DNA from: Paraspadella gotoi
Lineage: Eukaryota > Animalia > Chaetognatha
Length of the DNA: 64,000 nt
Reading direction: 5' to 3'
NCBI GenBank assembly: GCA_051294375.1
Contig: CM119267.1
Location: forward strand, 7,668,683-7,732,682
Shown here: positions 22,364-34,314 of the stretch, one piece after another
Numbering within the stretch: the first letter of the stretch is position 1
How the letters are laid out: every line of letters starts with the position of its first letter
Position numbers and translations under genes: made by a program
The notes under the pieces: generated by a model
What the model saw: only the letters and a program-made list of their open reading frames with translations
Database searches by the model: none
Told to the model about the DNA's origin: nothing

Positions 22364-25300
22364 CTCCCTCCCTCCGGTAATCATTCTCATTCATCGTCAT
22401 CTTACAACCTTTGCCATCACATTGCTTATGTTCCTCCCTCTTCTCCCTTCAAACCTCCTTTTCTGTTTCTTCTATTTTTTTCGATATTCCTCCACTTTCT
22501 TTTCCAATTTCCATTCTCCTTTTTTTTATACTTCAACTCTCCTTCCTTTCATTTTCCCTCATCTTCATATTTTCTCCTCTCCCCTTTTCGCCGAGATTCG
22601 AATTTTGAGCGGAGGCGGATGTGTGTCTCCGCAGAACCAGAATATCTATGGTGTCTCTCTGGTGTCTATAGCGTCTCGGTGTCCATGACTCGAGGCGCCT
22701 CCTTAAATCCGGGCGTGGAGCGGGAGGATTTAAGGGGATGAGACGACGGCAACCATGACGAGGACCAGAACGACGATATCGACGACGATGAAGACGACGA
22801 AGACGACGACAATGCAAACGACGATGAAGACGACGACGAGGACTACCAATCGCGATAGAGACGACGACGACGACGACACATTGGCAAAAATGTGAATTTT
22901 AGACTATTAGACTTAGTTTCAAATTAAAAAAAACTTGCCGAGCTATAAATCGTGAATAGGGCGACAGCAATCGTTTTCCAAACCACCCGGTGATGTATAA
23001 CAAATGCTTTAAAATTCAAAATTTTAACCCCAGTTTTAAGACAGGCAAATTTCGATTTAAGAAAATCAGCTGATGACACACGGCTGTAAACTGCCGGACA
23101 AAAAAAGTATGTAAAATTTTTTTTTTAACTAATCCAACAGTTAAATAAAAAAAAACAACAATTTTTTTCCTTTTGAAAACCTTTAAGTCGAGGAACCGTT
23201 GTTTCTGATCCTTGAAAAAAGTAATGGGGAACTCAGCGAAGGAGAAAGGTTTAAGCCGAAAGAATTAAAGAAGTCATTGGAGTCTTTGGCTTTAGTCTTC
23301 GCCACACATGCGACTCTCTGCCAATTTCTTCTCCGGTGGTCGTTGTCCGCATTTACTTTTTTTTATTTTTGTTAATAGTTAAGCCTAACGCCTCCTTTAT
23401 TTTTATCGTTTTATCTTTTTATCGTCTTAACTGTCAAATTGTCTCTTTTATTTCAGAAAAAAAAAAACCAATTATTTTTATTTCAATTTCGAATAAAATA
23501 TTCTTTGTTAAATTTGACTTCATCTCAAACTTAAACATTAAAAAGGTTTCAAAAGGAGAGGGCCCAATATGTCTACGTACCATTGTAATGGCATTTTTTC
23601 ATATATATTTTTTCCAAAATTTTTTTTTTTCATTATTTTTTCTTATTGTTTTTCTTTCTATCCATTTCTTTGTTTTTAAAACTTTTTTTCTTTCTTTGGT
23701 TTCTTTTTTTTCGTTCCTCAGTTTCTTTCGCCATTCTTTCCTGCTTTTTTTCCTTTCTCTCCTTTCTGTCTTTTCTTTTTCTCGTAAATCTTCATGCCAT
23801 CCATATTTCTTTTAAAAAAATATTTTTTTCACTTTCCTCGTTTTTTCTCTCTTAATTTCTCCCGTCATTCGAATGTAATATTTCAACTCACCCCTCCATT
23901 TATCCCTTCTAATTCTTTCTCCCATTCTCCTATTTTCCCCTATTTTACCTTTCTCTCCTTCCCAGACCGACGGAAACTGATTAGAGCCCTCTGGCGGTTT
24001 TCCAATGTCCAGCGCCATCGAGACGACGATGACGACGATGACGATGACGACGATGACATTGACGTCACTCATGAAAATCCGCGTTGATCAACGGAATATT
24101 TTCTCCCCGTTTTTTTTTTGTTGAGGCTAATGCGATTCGATAAGATCGGCCACTATGTACGGCGTTTTCTTTTTTTTTTATATAAAAATGAATTAAAAAA
24201 TTAAATAATATTCAGTAATGATACTACTTGTGTTTTTTTTAAATAGAATAACGGTTACTTCGTAGCAAAAATTGCTAATTAGGTTAGTTTCCCAGACTCC
24301 AACAGCACTAATACATTTTTTTCAGTTCTTTCTTGACTTCTCAGACCTTGTCATGAGATAAACCAGGACATCCCCTCTTAATCATTGCTCAATGTTTGTC
24401 TTCTTCAACTATTTCTCTAAATAGGCTGCGCACGCAAAGCGTCGACGATCTCCTTCAGAAATCGCGGACTTGAAGTCGAAGTTGCTGAAGTGGAAAAGAT
24501 CGTCAAGGTGGGTCAATGAAGATATATATAATAATTTTTTGTCAATGAGATAGTTCGTTTAATCTCACTACTAAATTTATCTATCGGTCGGATAAAAACT
24601 TTTGTATTTAAAATTTGATCAAATTTCTCCGTGTCCCGCTTCCCAGCCGAAACGCGTTGGCCTCGGGAATGAGAACCGGATTCTTCGCCTAGAGTTCCGG
24701 CGTCAGAGCAACAATGACAGCGGCGGCGGCGGCGGCGGCGGAAGCGGCTCTGGAACGGCGGCGCGGACGACGACGGCGACGACGACGCTTCGCGACGCCT
24801 TCTTGCGTCGCCGCTCTTCCCTCGGTGAGCAACGCGCGATTCGCGTAGGAAAAAAACCGTACGGAATTTCTCTCGCTCTCTGTCTCTCTATCTCTCTCTC
24901 TCCCCTTCTCTTTCTCTCCATCTCTCGACGGCGGAGAACTAAAAAAGTTGATTACGCGCTAAACGGGGGAGAAGGGGTGAGAAAGAAAAAAGAAAAAAAG
25001 AAAAAAAGAAAAAACAAAAAGCCAAAAAGGTTTTTCCCCATTTTGATTCTCGTAAATGAAAAATGTAACGGTAAATACACACACACACACAAAAAAATAA
25101 GGAATTCGATACAGAAAATTTAATTTCTCTTTCCCACTCGAATCGTCATCCAAATTCTTTCTGAAAATAACTTCCTTCTCTTTTTCCGTACATCCGTCTC
25201 CTTGTCTGTCGTCCATGTCTCCATCTCCCGATATCACGCCTTCACCCCGCGCCGTCGTCAGGTTTTTGCGTCGATCTCATCGGGTTCGAAGAAAATTCAG

Positions 25301-28300
25301 GTAAAATTCAGGAAACTGTAATCATGAATGTGAAAAGAATGTTAAACTAGACACTAAAAAGAAAAAAAATATAAACTTGTTTATCAAATGATATTTTATT
25401 ACACTTTTTAATATTTTTTAAATAAGTTTTATGCCAAAAATATAAAACGGGTGGTAAAACTACAAACTGTTAGTATTAAGTCTATGAAGTGAAATGAATT
25501 AAAATAAATTCAAATTACCCCAGAGGAAAAAGAAAACTAAGGCTACGTAAAAAAAAGTGGAAAAGCTAATCTTTTCCTAAAAAAAAAAGTCAATTTTCAA
25601 AATGGCCTCCTGGCTGACCCTTTTCGTTTCGCAATTCACGACAGACGCCGTTCACGATGGCCCGCTCGCGAGGGGGTTTTTCCCCCGCCTCGTAGCCTGT
25701 TAAAAGTTGTCTATGACAGACCACGACTTATTTATCTCCTTTAGTTTGACTCATCCTTTACGGCCTGACGTAGATTTGATTTTGATATATTTTCTTAGCT
25801 CGACCCGTTCGTGGGTCTTTTTCGTGTTTCTAGGCTGCCTCCGGCGATCGTTGGCGTCGGCCATTTTCAAGGTCTATTTACTCTGACGCGTTCGCAGCTG
25901 CTATTTGCGGCGGAAATGACCCGTTGACTACGGCCATTCCCTGTGGTGTGGGCTCCGACGCTGGGATGTCGTTTTCGATGGTTAATTTCGTTTTGGGCGG
26001 AGGGATCTATCTCCCGTTATAAACTGTTTGTATCCCATAAGCCATATCAAACAATAACGTGGTTACTTTGAGTGTGAGATTCTTTCTCACGCTAGCGATA
26101 TCGAGTTCGAGTTTCGCCCGTTTTGGATGTTTTAACGTGAGATTTCCGACAAGTAAATACAACGACAAGAAATGAGTTTTATTCTTTATTATGTTGAGTT
26201 TCCAAGCGGCCGAAAGAGTTACATGAATATTTTTATGAAACTAAAAAACGATTTGGAAATTTATCTCTACTTTGAGAAGAAACCAGTTGAAAATTTACCG
26301 AACGGTCAAAACGAGAGATTTAATTTCATCTGGTCAAATATGAGGCAACATCTTTCACATTGAGTAATGTATGAATAGTGAAATACAAACAAAGAAAAGT
26401 TTTGCTTAATCGGTTCAGCGTAATTTTAGTTCCGGTAGAAGACTACCAAAACTTTCCTCTTGAGCATCACGCGATGGAAGCGCAGAACAAAAACTAATTG
26501 CCTCTCTACTTTTTCCTAATTTTTACTGGCTCTTATTCTCCTGGGACCAAATTTAAACAAAAAATTCTATTCTCAATAAGTACCCCCCAAAGAATTCTCT
26601 GAAGACTCGAGATATTTAATTTTTTTGAAAAATATAGTAAAAAGATAACATTAAAGTTATTGACTAAACTGTCAATTATTTAGCTGTACATTAGAAATTT
26701 TCACCGATTCATTTCAGATGAAAATGTTAAAAGGAAACCGAAGTCACGATCGTCCAACTACTTTTTTGTGTCTCCCAACAAAAATAAGGTAAGTGTTGTC
26801 GAAAATCAAGAAATTTTAAAATTCTTAGTTAATTTTTGGAAATTGATTGCTCCGGGTTAAAGACGGGTATGAAGATTGTCACTCACGACCTATGGCTATG
26901 CCTAAGTTTTTAAACACCATGTTACAAATCGATATAACTAATAGATCAACGTAAGTATTTTAATTTGAAATACTTAATTAGATAGAAACTATTACTGATT
27001 TCTAAAAAAAAATTTCAAAAAAAGCTGTTAAAAATCCAATTTTGCTACTTTTAGCATTCTCCATTTTGCTTAAATTTTATCAAATACTAACAATTGTTAA
27101 CTCCCAAAATGATAATACATTTTTACTCCTTAATCTCTAATCTTTTCGACCGAGTTCCCTTTCCTTTTTGTCATTTTCTCTTATCAAGAATCACGAAAAT
27201 TCGCTTTTTTCGTAACGTCGTTTCTATTATTAAGATTAAAAATGTAGTTAAAAAAAAAATGGAAGACGATGCCGCGGGCAATTAGATCGTCGACCCTTTC
27301 ACATAAGACCCCGAACTTCGAATCGAATCGTCTCGCGAACCCGAGTACGTCGGGTTTGGCGGAGTGCGAGTCACCGTATCACCTCAGGCGCTATAAGTGC
27401 TGCTGATTCTCGAACGATATGCGGGGTAATATGTATTAACACAACCTAAAAAAAAAAAATAAAAAAACGCGTAACCTTTCAATTGATTAACAAGAACGGT
27501 AATTGAAATGTGTTGCGCCGCAGTGACTGCCTTATCACGTGTAATTCTCGTGATATGACATTAAATGACGTGACAGGACGTGACATGACATAACGTGACA
27601 TAACATGACTACATTACTATAATAACTTTCTTAGCCCGTGTATTTATGACATGCACGGCATGAATATTTTCTCTTTTATACCTTTTAGTTTTAGGATTTC
27701 CTGAAGGTGGTGCTTGCAGTACCTTAGATTTGAGGTTTTTTTCTGTCTTAACAAAAGAGCACAAGTAAGTGGGAAAGACCAACGGACAGACATACAGACG
27801 GACCGACCAATAGACCGACCGAAAAGTGATGTATGGAGTTGCTCCGCGAGTACTCGGGGCGCAACTAAAAAGATGAACCGGCAATTTCAGGGACTCTTTC
27901 GTGGACGATGATCACACGACTACTTATTACTTAAGCATAAAACTTATGCACTTTGCACAACAAGCATCTAAAATCTAAAATAACCAAGCATTATAGGAAT
28001 TATGACACAATGAATTTCTTTTCTCATTACCTCATTACTATATAATAAAGTGTAGCAAAAATATTAAAACCAAGTAGAATCAAAATTTGAATAGTAGATC
28101 AGGAGCAATTTTAAATGAAAAAATGTATTTGTTATTTTTTAATTTTTACATTAGCCCATATTTATACATAGTACTCGCCATAAAAAATGTTAAAATTTTA
28201 AAATATTTTTTTCTTATTTTTGAAAGTAGATTCAAATTCCTCACAAAAAGTTTATAAAACTTTTATATAAAACTTTTATTAAAAGGAAATATAACTCTTT

Positions 28301-31300
28301 TTAGAAAATTATTTCATTAAGTGAGTCAAAGTCCTAAAAAACTGTTATAGTTAACCTATAATTTAATTTTAGTATAAAAAATATAGTTTTTTAATTTTTA
28401 GTTGAGTTAATGAAATAATTTTTGATTAAGATTTGTATTTTCTTTTATCAGATTTTATGAGGCATTGGAATTTGCTTTTAAAACTAAAAAAAAAAAACTA
28501 TTTTAAAATTTTGACATTTTTTATGGCGAGTACTAAGTTTAAATATGGGCTAATAAGAAAATTAAAAAATAAAAAATAATTATTTTTGATTTAAAAATGT
28601 TACTGATCTACTATTCAAATTTTGATTCTACTTGATTTTAATATTTTTGCTACGCTTTATTATATAATAAGGAGGTAATGAGAAAAGAAATTCATTGGAA
28701 CATAATTCCTATAATGATTGGTTATTTTAGATTTTAGATGCTTGTTGTGCAATTTGCATAAGTTTTATGCTTTAGTAGTTGTCTGATCATCGTCCACGAA
28801 AGAGTCACTGAAATTGTTTGATTTCTCTAAAAACTTTTTTAGCTGGATCTGCTTACAGCAGATTCCGGCTCTATAATTCACTTTGTCGGTCAGTCGGTCC
28901 GCCCCCCCATTCTTGTCGGGCATTCACTTATATCATGTCAAAACATTGAATCATGATAAATTATGCAAAAAAAAAAATGATGTCCGTCCATCCATCCGTC
29001 TGTCTGTCTGCCTGTCTGTCTGTCTCTGTCAGTCTGTCTGTCCCACCTTAGCAAAAAACACCAATTACTCGTGATTTGATGAATGGATTGGAATGAAATT
29101 TTGTGTGTGGGTAGGAAAGTGTGTGATTGAGCTAGAAATAAAGTTTCGATGGAATCGTCTGAGTGGAAATGAGTTAAAATAGAAAAAACAAAAAAATATA
29201 TTTCACTATTGAACGCCAACTACTCATGAGTGAATGGGGCAATTGACTTAAAATTTTTATGTGGGTAGGAAAGTGTGTGATTGAGCAGGAAATAAAGTTT
29301 CGATGGAATCGTCCAAGTAGAAATGGGTTTAACTGGAAAAAACAAACATACTATTTCACTATTTGATTATGTTTTTTTTTATAAAATGTAAATTCAAGCT
29401 GCATTAATTAATTATTAATAAATAAGTAATTAATTATTTATTAATTATTTGTAATTAATTAATTAATTTAAATAATTTTGTGATCGAGATTGTTGTTTTG
29501 TGATTGAGAGGCGAGACAAAGTGAAAAACGATTTTGACACCAATAAAAAAATTAATATTAATTAATTAATTAATTAATTAACTGATCAACTGCTTACCGC
29601 TAATGATCGTGGGCAGATCTGGCATTGTTTGCTCAAAATTGTTAAAAAAAGGTTCATTTAAATTAACTTGAAAATAGGCCAAAATTGAGTACAGATTTCA
29701 GGCGATTCCAAAAATATACTCACTTTAAACAATTTTGTTATTTACCAAAAAAAATATATAAATAAAACTTTTTTTGGTGATTATTGATGCCTAAGATGTA
29801 TTTCTAGATGTATTAGCTTTATTATGCATTGTTAAGGTGAATGAACCTTCCTCTTGAAGTGAAAAATATATTTGACAAATCAATAAATTAAGAGTATATA
29901 ATAAATGGAATAATTTTGAATTGTTTTTTTCTAGACTTCCACTTATTTTCAAATATTATGAATATTTCTATTTATTTTGTTGGGATAGCTAGTGTTTATG
30001 AAACTGATAATGTTGTTAAATAATATTGTTTGTTAACAAAATAATAATAAGATATTGTTTGTTAACAAAACGCCGGGTAAGGACCGGGTAAGGACGTAGT
30101 TTTCGTTCTGACGACCGGTTAACTATTGGCAGCTAACGAAGAAACTAGTTTGATCGGCGATAACCGGTCTATGAATCCTTTGATTCTTGTCTCATTTATC
30201 GCCCGTCATATTTTTTTTTTATTCACTACGTTAATTAAAATAAAAAAAAAAATTAATTCGAGATCAAGTTTATTCTAAAACGAATTGAGGGCAGCATATC
30301 GTCTGACACTCTCCCCTTCATTTTATGTTGAAGAATTTGTTTTTTAGCCATTCCGGCACTAATTCTTATTGAAAAAAAAAAATTGATTTTAATAATTCGA
30401 TAAAAGAAATTAATAATCTCTTAGGAAGCAGTCAATTTTTGTAAAATCTGTCGGTGTGTTATTATTTCCATTCAAAATGATTTCGTTGCGCCCCTGACGG
30501 CGATTTCGTATTTTTCATCGTTAAAATAAAGTTTCATGTTGTGGAGATTTGACAATTTCTCTTCGCAGATATCGCCAGTGAAAAAACGAGTGGTCGTTTC
30601 TCGCGTTGTGGAACCGGAATATCGGAGATTCATTTCTAAAGGTGATCAATTATGTACCGTTTATTTTTTATTATTTTTTAATTTTTTTTTTTATTTTTTT
30701 ATTTTTTATTTTTTAGTTCCTTAAGAAAGTTTTAATTAGCATTAAACAACGATTTTTTTTAACTATAAAAGTCAAACATGTTTCAACTCTTGCCTTTCGT
30801 TTATACAACGAAAAGAGAGAAGTAACACAATGAAGTAGTTCCTGTAAAGTGGAAGATTGACTTATAGTCTATGACTATGACTAGTGGCATTGTAGTCATA
30901 CATATAAAATTGTAAAATCATGGATATTACGACATAAAGCTCAGAAAAAGCTAAAAAAATCGACAATGACCAATTGGTGGGTATTGGTAATTTTGTCAAA
31001 AAATTTTATATCCTTAAAGAAGCCGATTGACAGTTAACGAAAAACGACTTTGAAGTCGCAATTTTTCGGTCCGAATGTCGACCAAAATAAATCACCAAAA
31101 CAAAAGACGTCGAAGTAGAAGAAACTCCGTTGACATCCGTCTCTTGTGAGAAGACTATTTCTCTCTTCCCTCCTTAACTTCTTCGCTTTGCCTCTGCTTG
31201 TGGTTGTGAAAGCAATGGTGGTATTTCCTCCGGCTCTGATAACCGGGGCGCCGGGTATCTCAATTCAGATCAGGGATGCCGGGATGCCAAGGAACTTAAC

Positions 31301-33521
31301 CCGTGACAGACGGTTGCGACGAACTCACGAAGTGATTTAGCTCGATCAGCCATGGAGACGAGGCTGAGGACGGACAGCGGTGTGGCAGCTTCAAGTCGTA
31401 CTGCGACACCCCCTTACTTCTCTACTTTCGACCCCTCAGGCTCTCAGCTCTTCTCAATCGTTCATTGCTGGCGCTACTTTTTTGCTTTGTTAACTTTTTC
31501 ATCCCCCTTCCTCCTGTTTTTCCGCTCATCTCGAACTAGGAGACGAAGTGGTGACCATCGACGGACGAGACGTGTCCACCCTGCCGCCATCTTGGATTCT
31601 CACCAAATTAGATTCGAGGAAGGGTAGCGCCGCTGACGACGACAACGCCCGTGACTGGAACATCTTCAGAGACTTTCGCCAAGCGTTCAGACACAAACAA
31701 ACGGTGAGGTTTTGAGCGAGGCGCGCTCTTTTGTTTTTGTTTAATAGTTTATATACATATATTTTTTGATAATCCTATATTTTCTGCCTAATTTTTTCAA
31801 CAGTTTATTCTACATTTCATTCGATTATCATTGTTCCAGCCGAAGCGTCATAATAAATTATCGAATTACCTCGCCTGTGAACATAAATAAATTTATGTGA
31901 CTCTAAAATTTAATTAAAAAAAAATAATTGAAAGTAATTCGGGTACGTCATATCGCCACCAAACTAAGTTTGGGAAGTTAAAATTAGTTGGGTTCATTGT
32001 TCACGACTAATTAAATTACTGAAAGATTGAACTTTTTTGAACAAAATAAAATTACTGTATTACTGTACTTGCAGTTTTTTTATTAAAATAAGAGTAAATT
32101 TTTTTCAACAATTACAAGTCATGAGCTTTTAAATTGACAAAACTCCTTTTCAAAAAAAATTTTAAAAGCCTTACAAAAAATCTAAATAATGAAAATTATT
32201 TTGGAAGCTACAACATTGGACTTTCAAGTTGCTTAGCTTGTAGATCCGGATTTTGTTCTTGCGTGATTTCTGACTAGTAAGGTCTCTTGACAACGTAAGA
32301 AAAATAATTTTATAAAACCAATAAATAACTTTTCTTTGATCGATCCATCGACATTCGACATGTATCTGTGTTTCACAGCCCACTTAGCATGAATTATTAA
32401 ACAAGTTATGACAAAAAGTAGTGCTCCTGTCCATAATTATAATTATTCACATTTCTCTTTATCAGCTAATTGAAATATTTAAAACAATGACTTCTGTTGA
32501 TTATCATTTTTTTAATTAAAAGTTGAAAAAGAGTTTGAATTAATTCAACAACGATTTATTTTTATAACAGTGAACATGCTGATGTAGACTTGAACTAAAG
32601 TCGAAACATGTTCACTGTTATAAAAATAAATCGTTGTTGAATTAATTCAAACTCTTTTTCAATACATAACACAACAGAAGAAAGGATTTCACACCATTAA
32701 TTAAAAGTAAAATTTTTCATCAAAATCAAAAAAATTCTATTAAATATAACTGTGCGTGTGCAATCGTATAATCAAGCTAAAGGGGAGGAACGGAGGGATG
32801 GATGGACATTAGGACGACCTTATTTTCCTAATAATTGCCTACACTAATTTAGTAGTTGTATATAACGTCTATCTGGGGTGGACACCAGTTTTCCTCTTTA
32901 GAACGTCGACGCGATGGACCGGTTTTAATGCCAGGGATCAATCAATCAAAAAGTAAAACCAGTGGCTGCGCCAATACAAGTAAATCAATTTCATGTGCTT
33001 AAACTAAACTGTTACTTGGTACTTGAAAAAATATTCTATAAATCAAAACAATATTATTTTTATTTCGATATTAAAATGCTTTTATCAAGACGTAAAATAA
33101 GAAATGGAATAAAATAAAATAGAATAGGAAAAAAATACTTGTTAAAAATATAAATAAAAATTTTTAAAAGATTTAAGATAACAAAAATTAAAAAAAACAA
33201 AACAAAAAGAATAGAAAAGAATAAAATAGAATCGTCAGGAGCTCAATTTTCCAAATCTTAGTTCCGTTTTATGCTATTTACAAATTTAGTTCATTGATCC
33301 CTGGCCTTAAACTGGAGGAAGATAAAGCGAGATCATCGGCACGCGTTAAACTCGAAGGACCGGTTGTCTTCGTTGAGTAGAAAAAAAGAATATAACTAAA
33401 ACTTTTATTTCCTCCGCAGATGGCAACGGATAGCGTGGAGCGACCTCTCGTCTTAACGCTCAGCAGAAGCCTTTCGCCCGACGGACAATCCGAAGCAAAA
33501 GGCACGAACTTTAATAAGTGA
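19570..33521 (+). CDS. Candidate micro-exon gene for a protein of about 143 aa with N-terminal MGTGC and one divergent PDZ-like domain; exons 19570-19579, 24425-24507, 30569-30641, 31540-31703, 33420-33521
   Basis: The phase-consistent join reads MGTGCARKASTISFRNRGLEVEVAEVEKIVK|ISPVKKRVVVSRVVEPEYRRFISKG|DEVVTIDGRDVSTLPPSWILTKL...HKQT|MATDSVERPLVLTLSR...NK*. VVVSRV, GDEVVTIDGRDV and LVLTLSR occur in PDZ strand order. The last three exons are better supported than the first two. Confidence 0.5.
20310..20470 (+). mobile_element. Degenerate SINE-like remnant related to the arms of the 11785-12303 element
   Basis: B-box-like GGTTCTAGCCC (20350-20360), then GGGACGGGGCGCGTAACCCGCCTGTA...TACAGCCTGTTCCGAAGCT, compared with GGGATGGGGCGTCTAACCCACCTGTA...TACAGCCCGATCCAAAGTT at 11916-11975. 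Confidence 0.55.
22270..22360. repeat. (CT)n/(GA)n microsatellite, one of about a dozen long tracts; others near 33900, 37075, 39180, 42630, 43262, 49060, 49857, 50053, 53283, 53552 and 61384
   Basis: Directly visible dinucleotide runs. They produce the spurious SLSLSL and ERERER ORFs in the track. Confidence 0.95.
27335..27445 (-). mobile_element. Diverged terminal fragment of the palindromic tRNA-like element family
   Basis: GCGAACCCGAGT...ACCTCAGGCGCTATAAGTGCTGCTGATTCTCGAACGATATGCGGGGTA aligns with 12200-12290 (GCGAACCCGAGT...ACCTCCGGCGCCATAGGTGCTGCTGATTTTCGGACGAATAGTGGGGTA). Confidence 0.7.
27490..27871 (-). mobile_element. DINE-1/HINE-like non-autonomous element, family A, copy 1
   Basis: Homologous over its length to 34830-35267. 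On the minus strand it has a T-run, subterminal inverted repeat GTTGCGCC at both ends, a 5' hairpin, a GTCY-type microsatellite and a (TGTCA)-type repeat. The Helentron affiliation is inferred from architecture only. Confidence 0.7.
27882..28816. mobile_element. AT-rich foldback element of about 935 bp (long inverted repeat)
   Basis: Left arm CAATTTCAGGGACTCTTTCGTGGACGATGATC... and right arm ...GATCATCGTCCACGAAAGAGTCACTGAAATTG. Complementarity can be followed for about 430 bp per arm, for example AGTACTCGCCATAAAAAATGT and ACATTTTTTATGGCGAGTACT. Confidence 0.88.
28835..29645 (+). mobile_element. DINE-1/HINE-like element, related family B, with an internal duplication of about 110 bp (about 29095-29210 and 29255-29365)
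   Basis: TTTTTT-AGCTGGATCTGC-TTACA-GCAGATTCCGGCT hairpin, then CTATAATTCACTTTGTCGGTC and (GTCT)n ending in TCCCACCTTA, motifs shared with family A. A distal imperfect inverted copy GCAGATCTGGC lies at 29613-29623. Confidence 0.6.
32523..32662. repeat. Perfect 56-bp inverted repeat with a 28-nt spacer
   Basis: TTGAAAAAGAGTTTGAATTAATTCAACAACGATTTATTTTTATAACAGTGAACATG (32523-32578) and its exact reverse complement at 32607-32662. Confidence 0.95.
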
Positions 33522-33944
33522 GTACGCCCACCACTTTTTAACTTTCTTTGGAAACTCTTAAAAAACGTTTGCATTGCCTCGTTAATTAGTACGAAGCGGT
33601 CTCATTGTTTTAGATGTTTAATACTTGGAAATTCGCTCAAAGGCAATTCATCAAAAAATCAGAGCGGCGGTAAACCGATAGCGGGATAGTGGGAATAGGA
33701 GAAGGAGAGAGAGACTCCCAGCGAGAAAAAGCGCCATCTGAATTGAAATGAGGGACACCTCCCAAAGCTCCATCGATTGACGCAGTGCTTGCGGCTGCTT
33801 GCCCAATGACCGTGTAGCGCGAAAATTTTTAATTTGCTTCGTTTTAAAACCGCTTCCCCCGGTCAGGATTTGTCAGTGTTTGTCAGCGTTTGTCAGTAAA
33901 TCTCTCTCTCTCTCTCTGCTCTCTCCTCTCTCTCATCTCTCTCG

Positions 33945-34026
<82 letters not shown>

Positions 34027-34314
34027 TCTCCACGGAGTTTGCAAAAGGCGATTCGACGCTTCGTGCTTACAACAAAGAAAAAGGCGTTTTTTTTTTTTTA
34101 AATTTTAATAGTATTCAAGAAAACCGAGTAAAAATATTCAAAACAGTAATGGTTACGAAGGCTAATTTATCTTCTGGATAACTACGGGGAATGCAAATGC
34201 TTGGCTTTTTTTTTTTCCCGATCACAGATTCTTTAATTCTCATTGAGTGAAAAGGCGGGGGGGGGACTGGGGGGTGGGGGTGATGTCAGGAGGAGGTATC
34301 GATGATCACAATTA

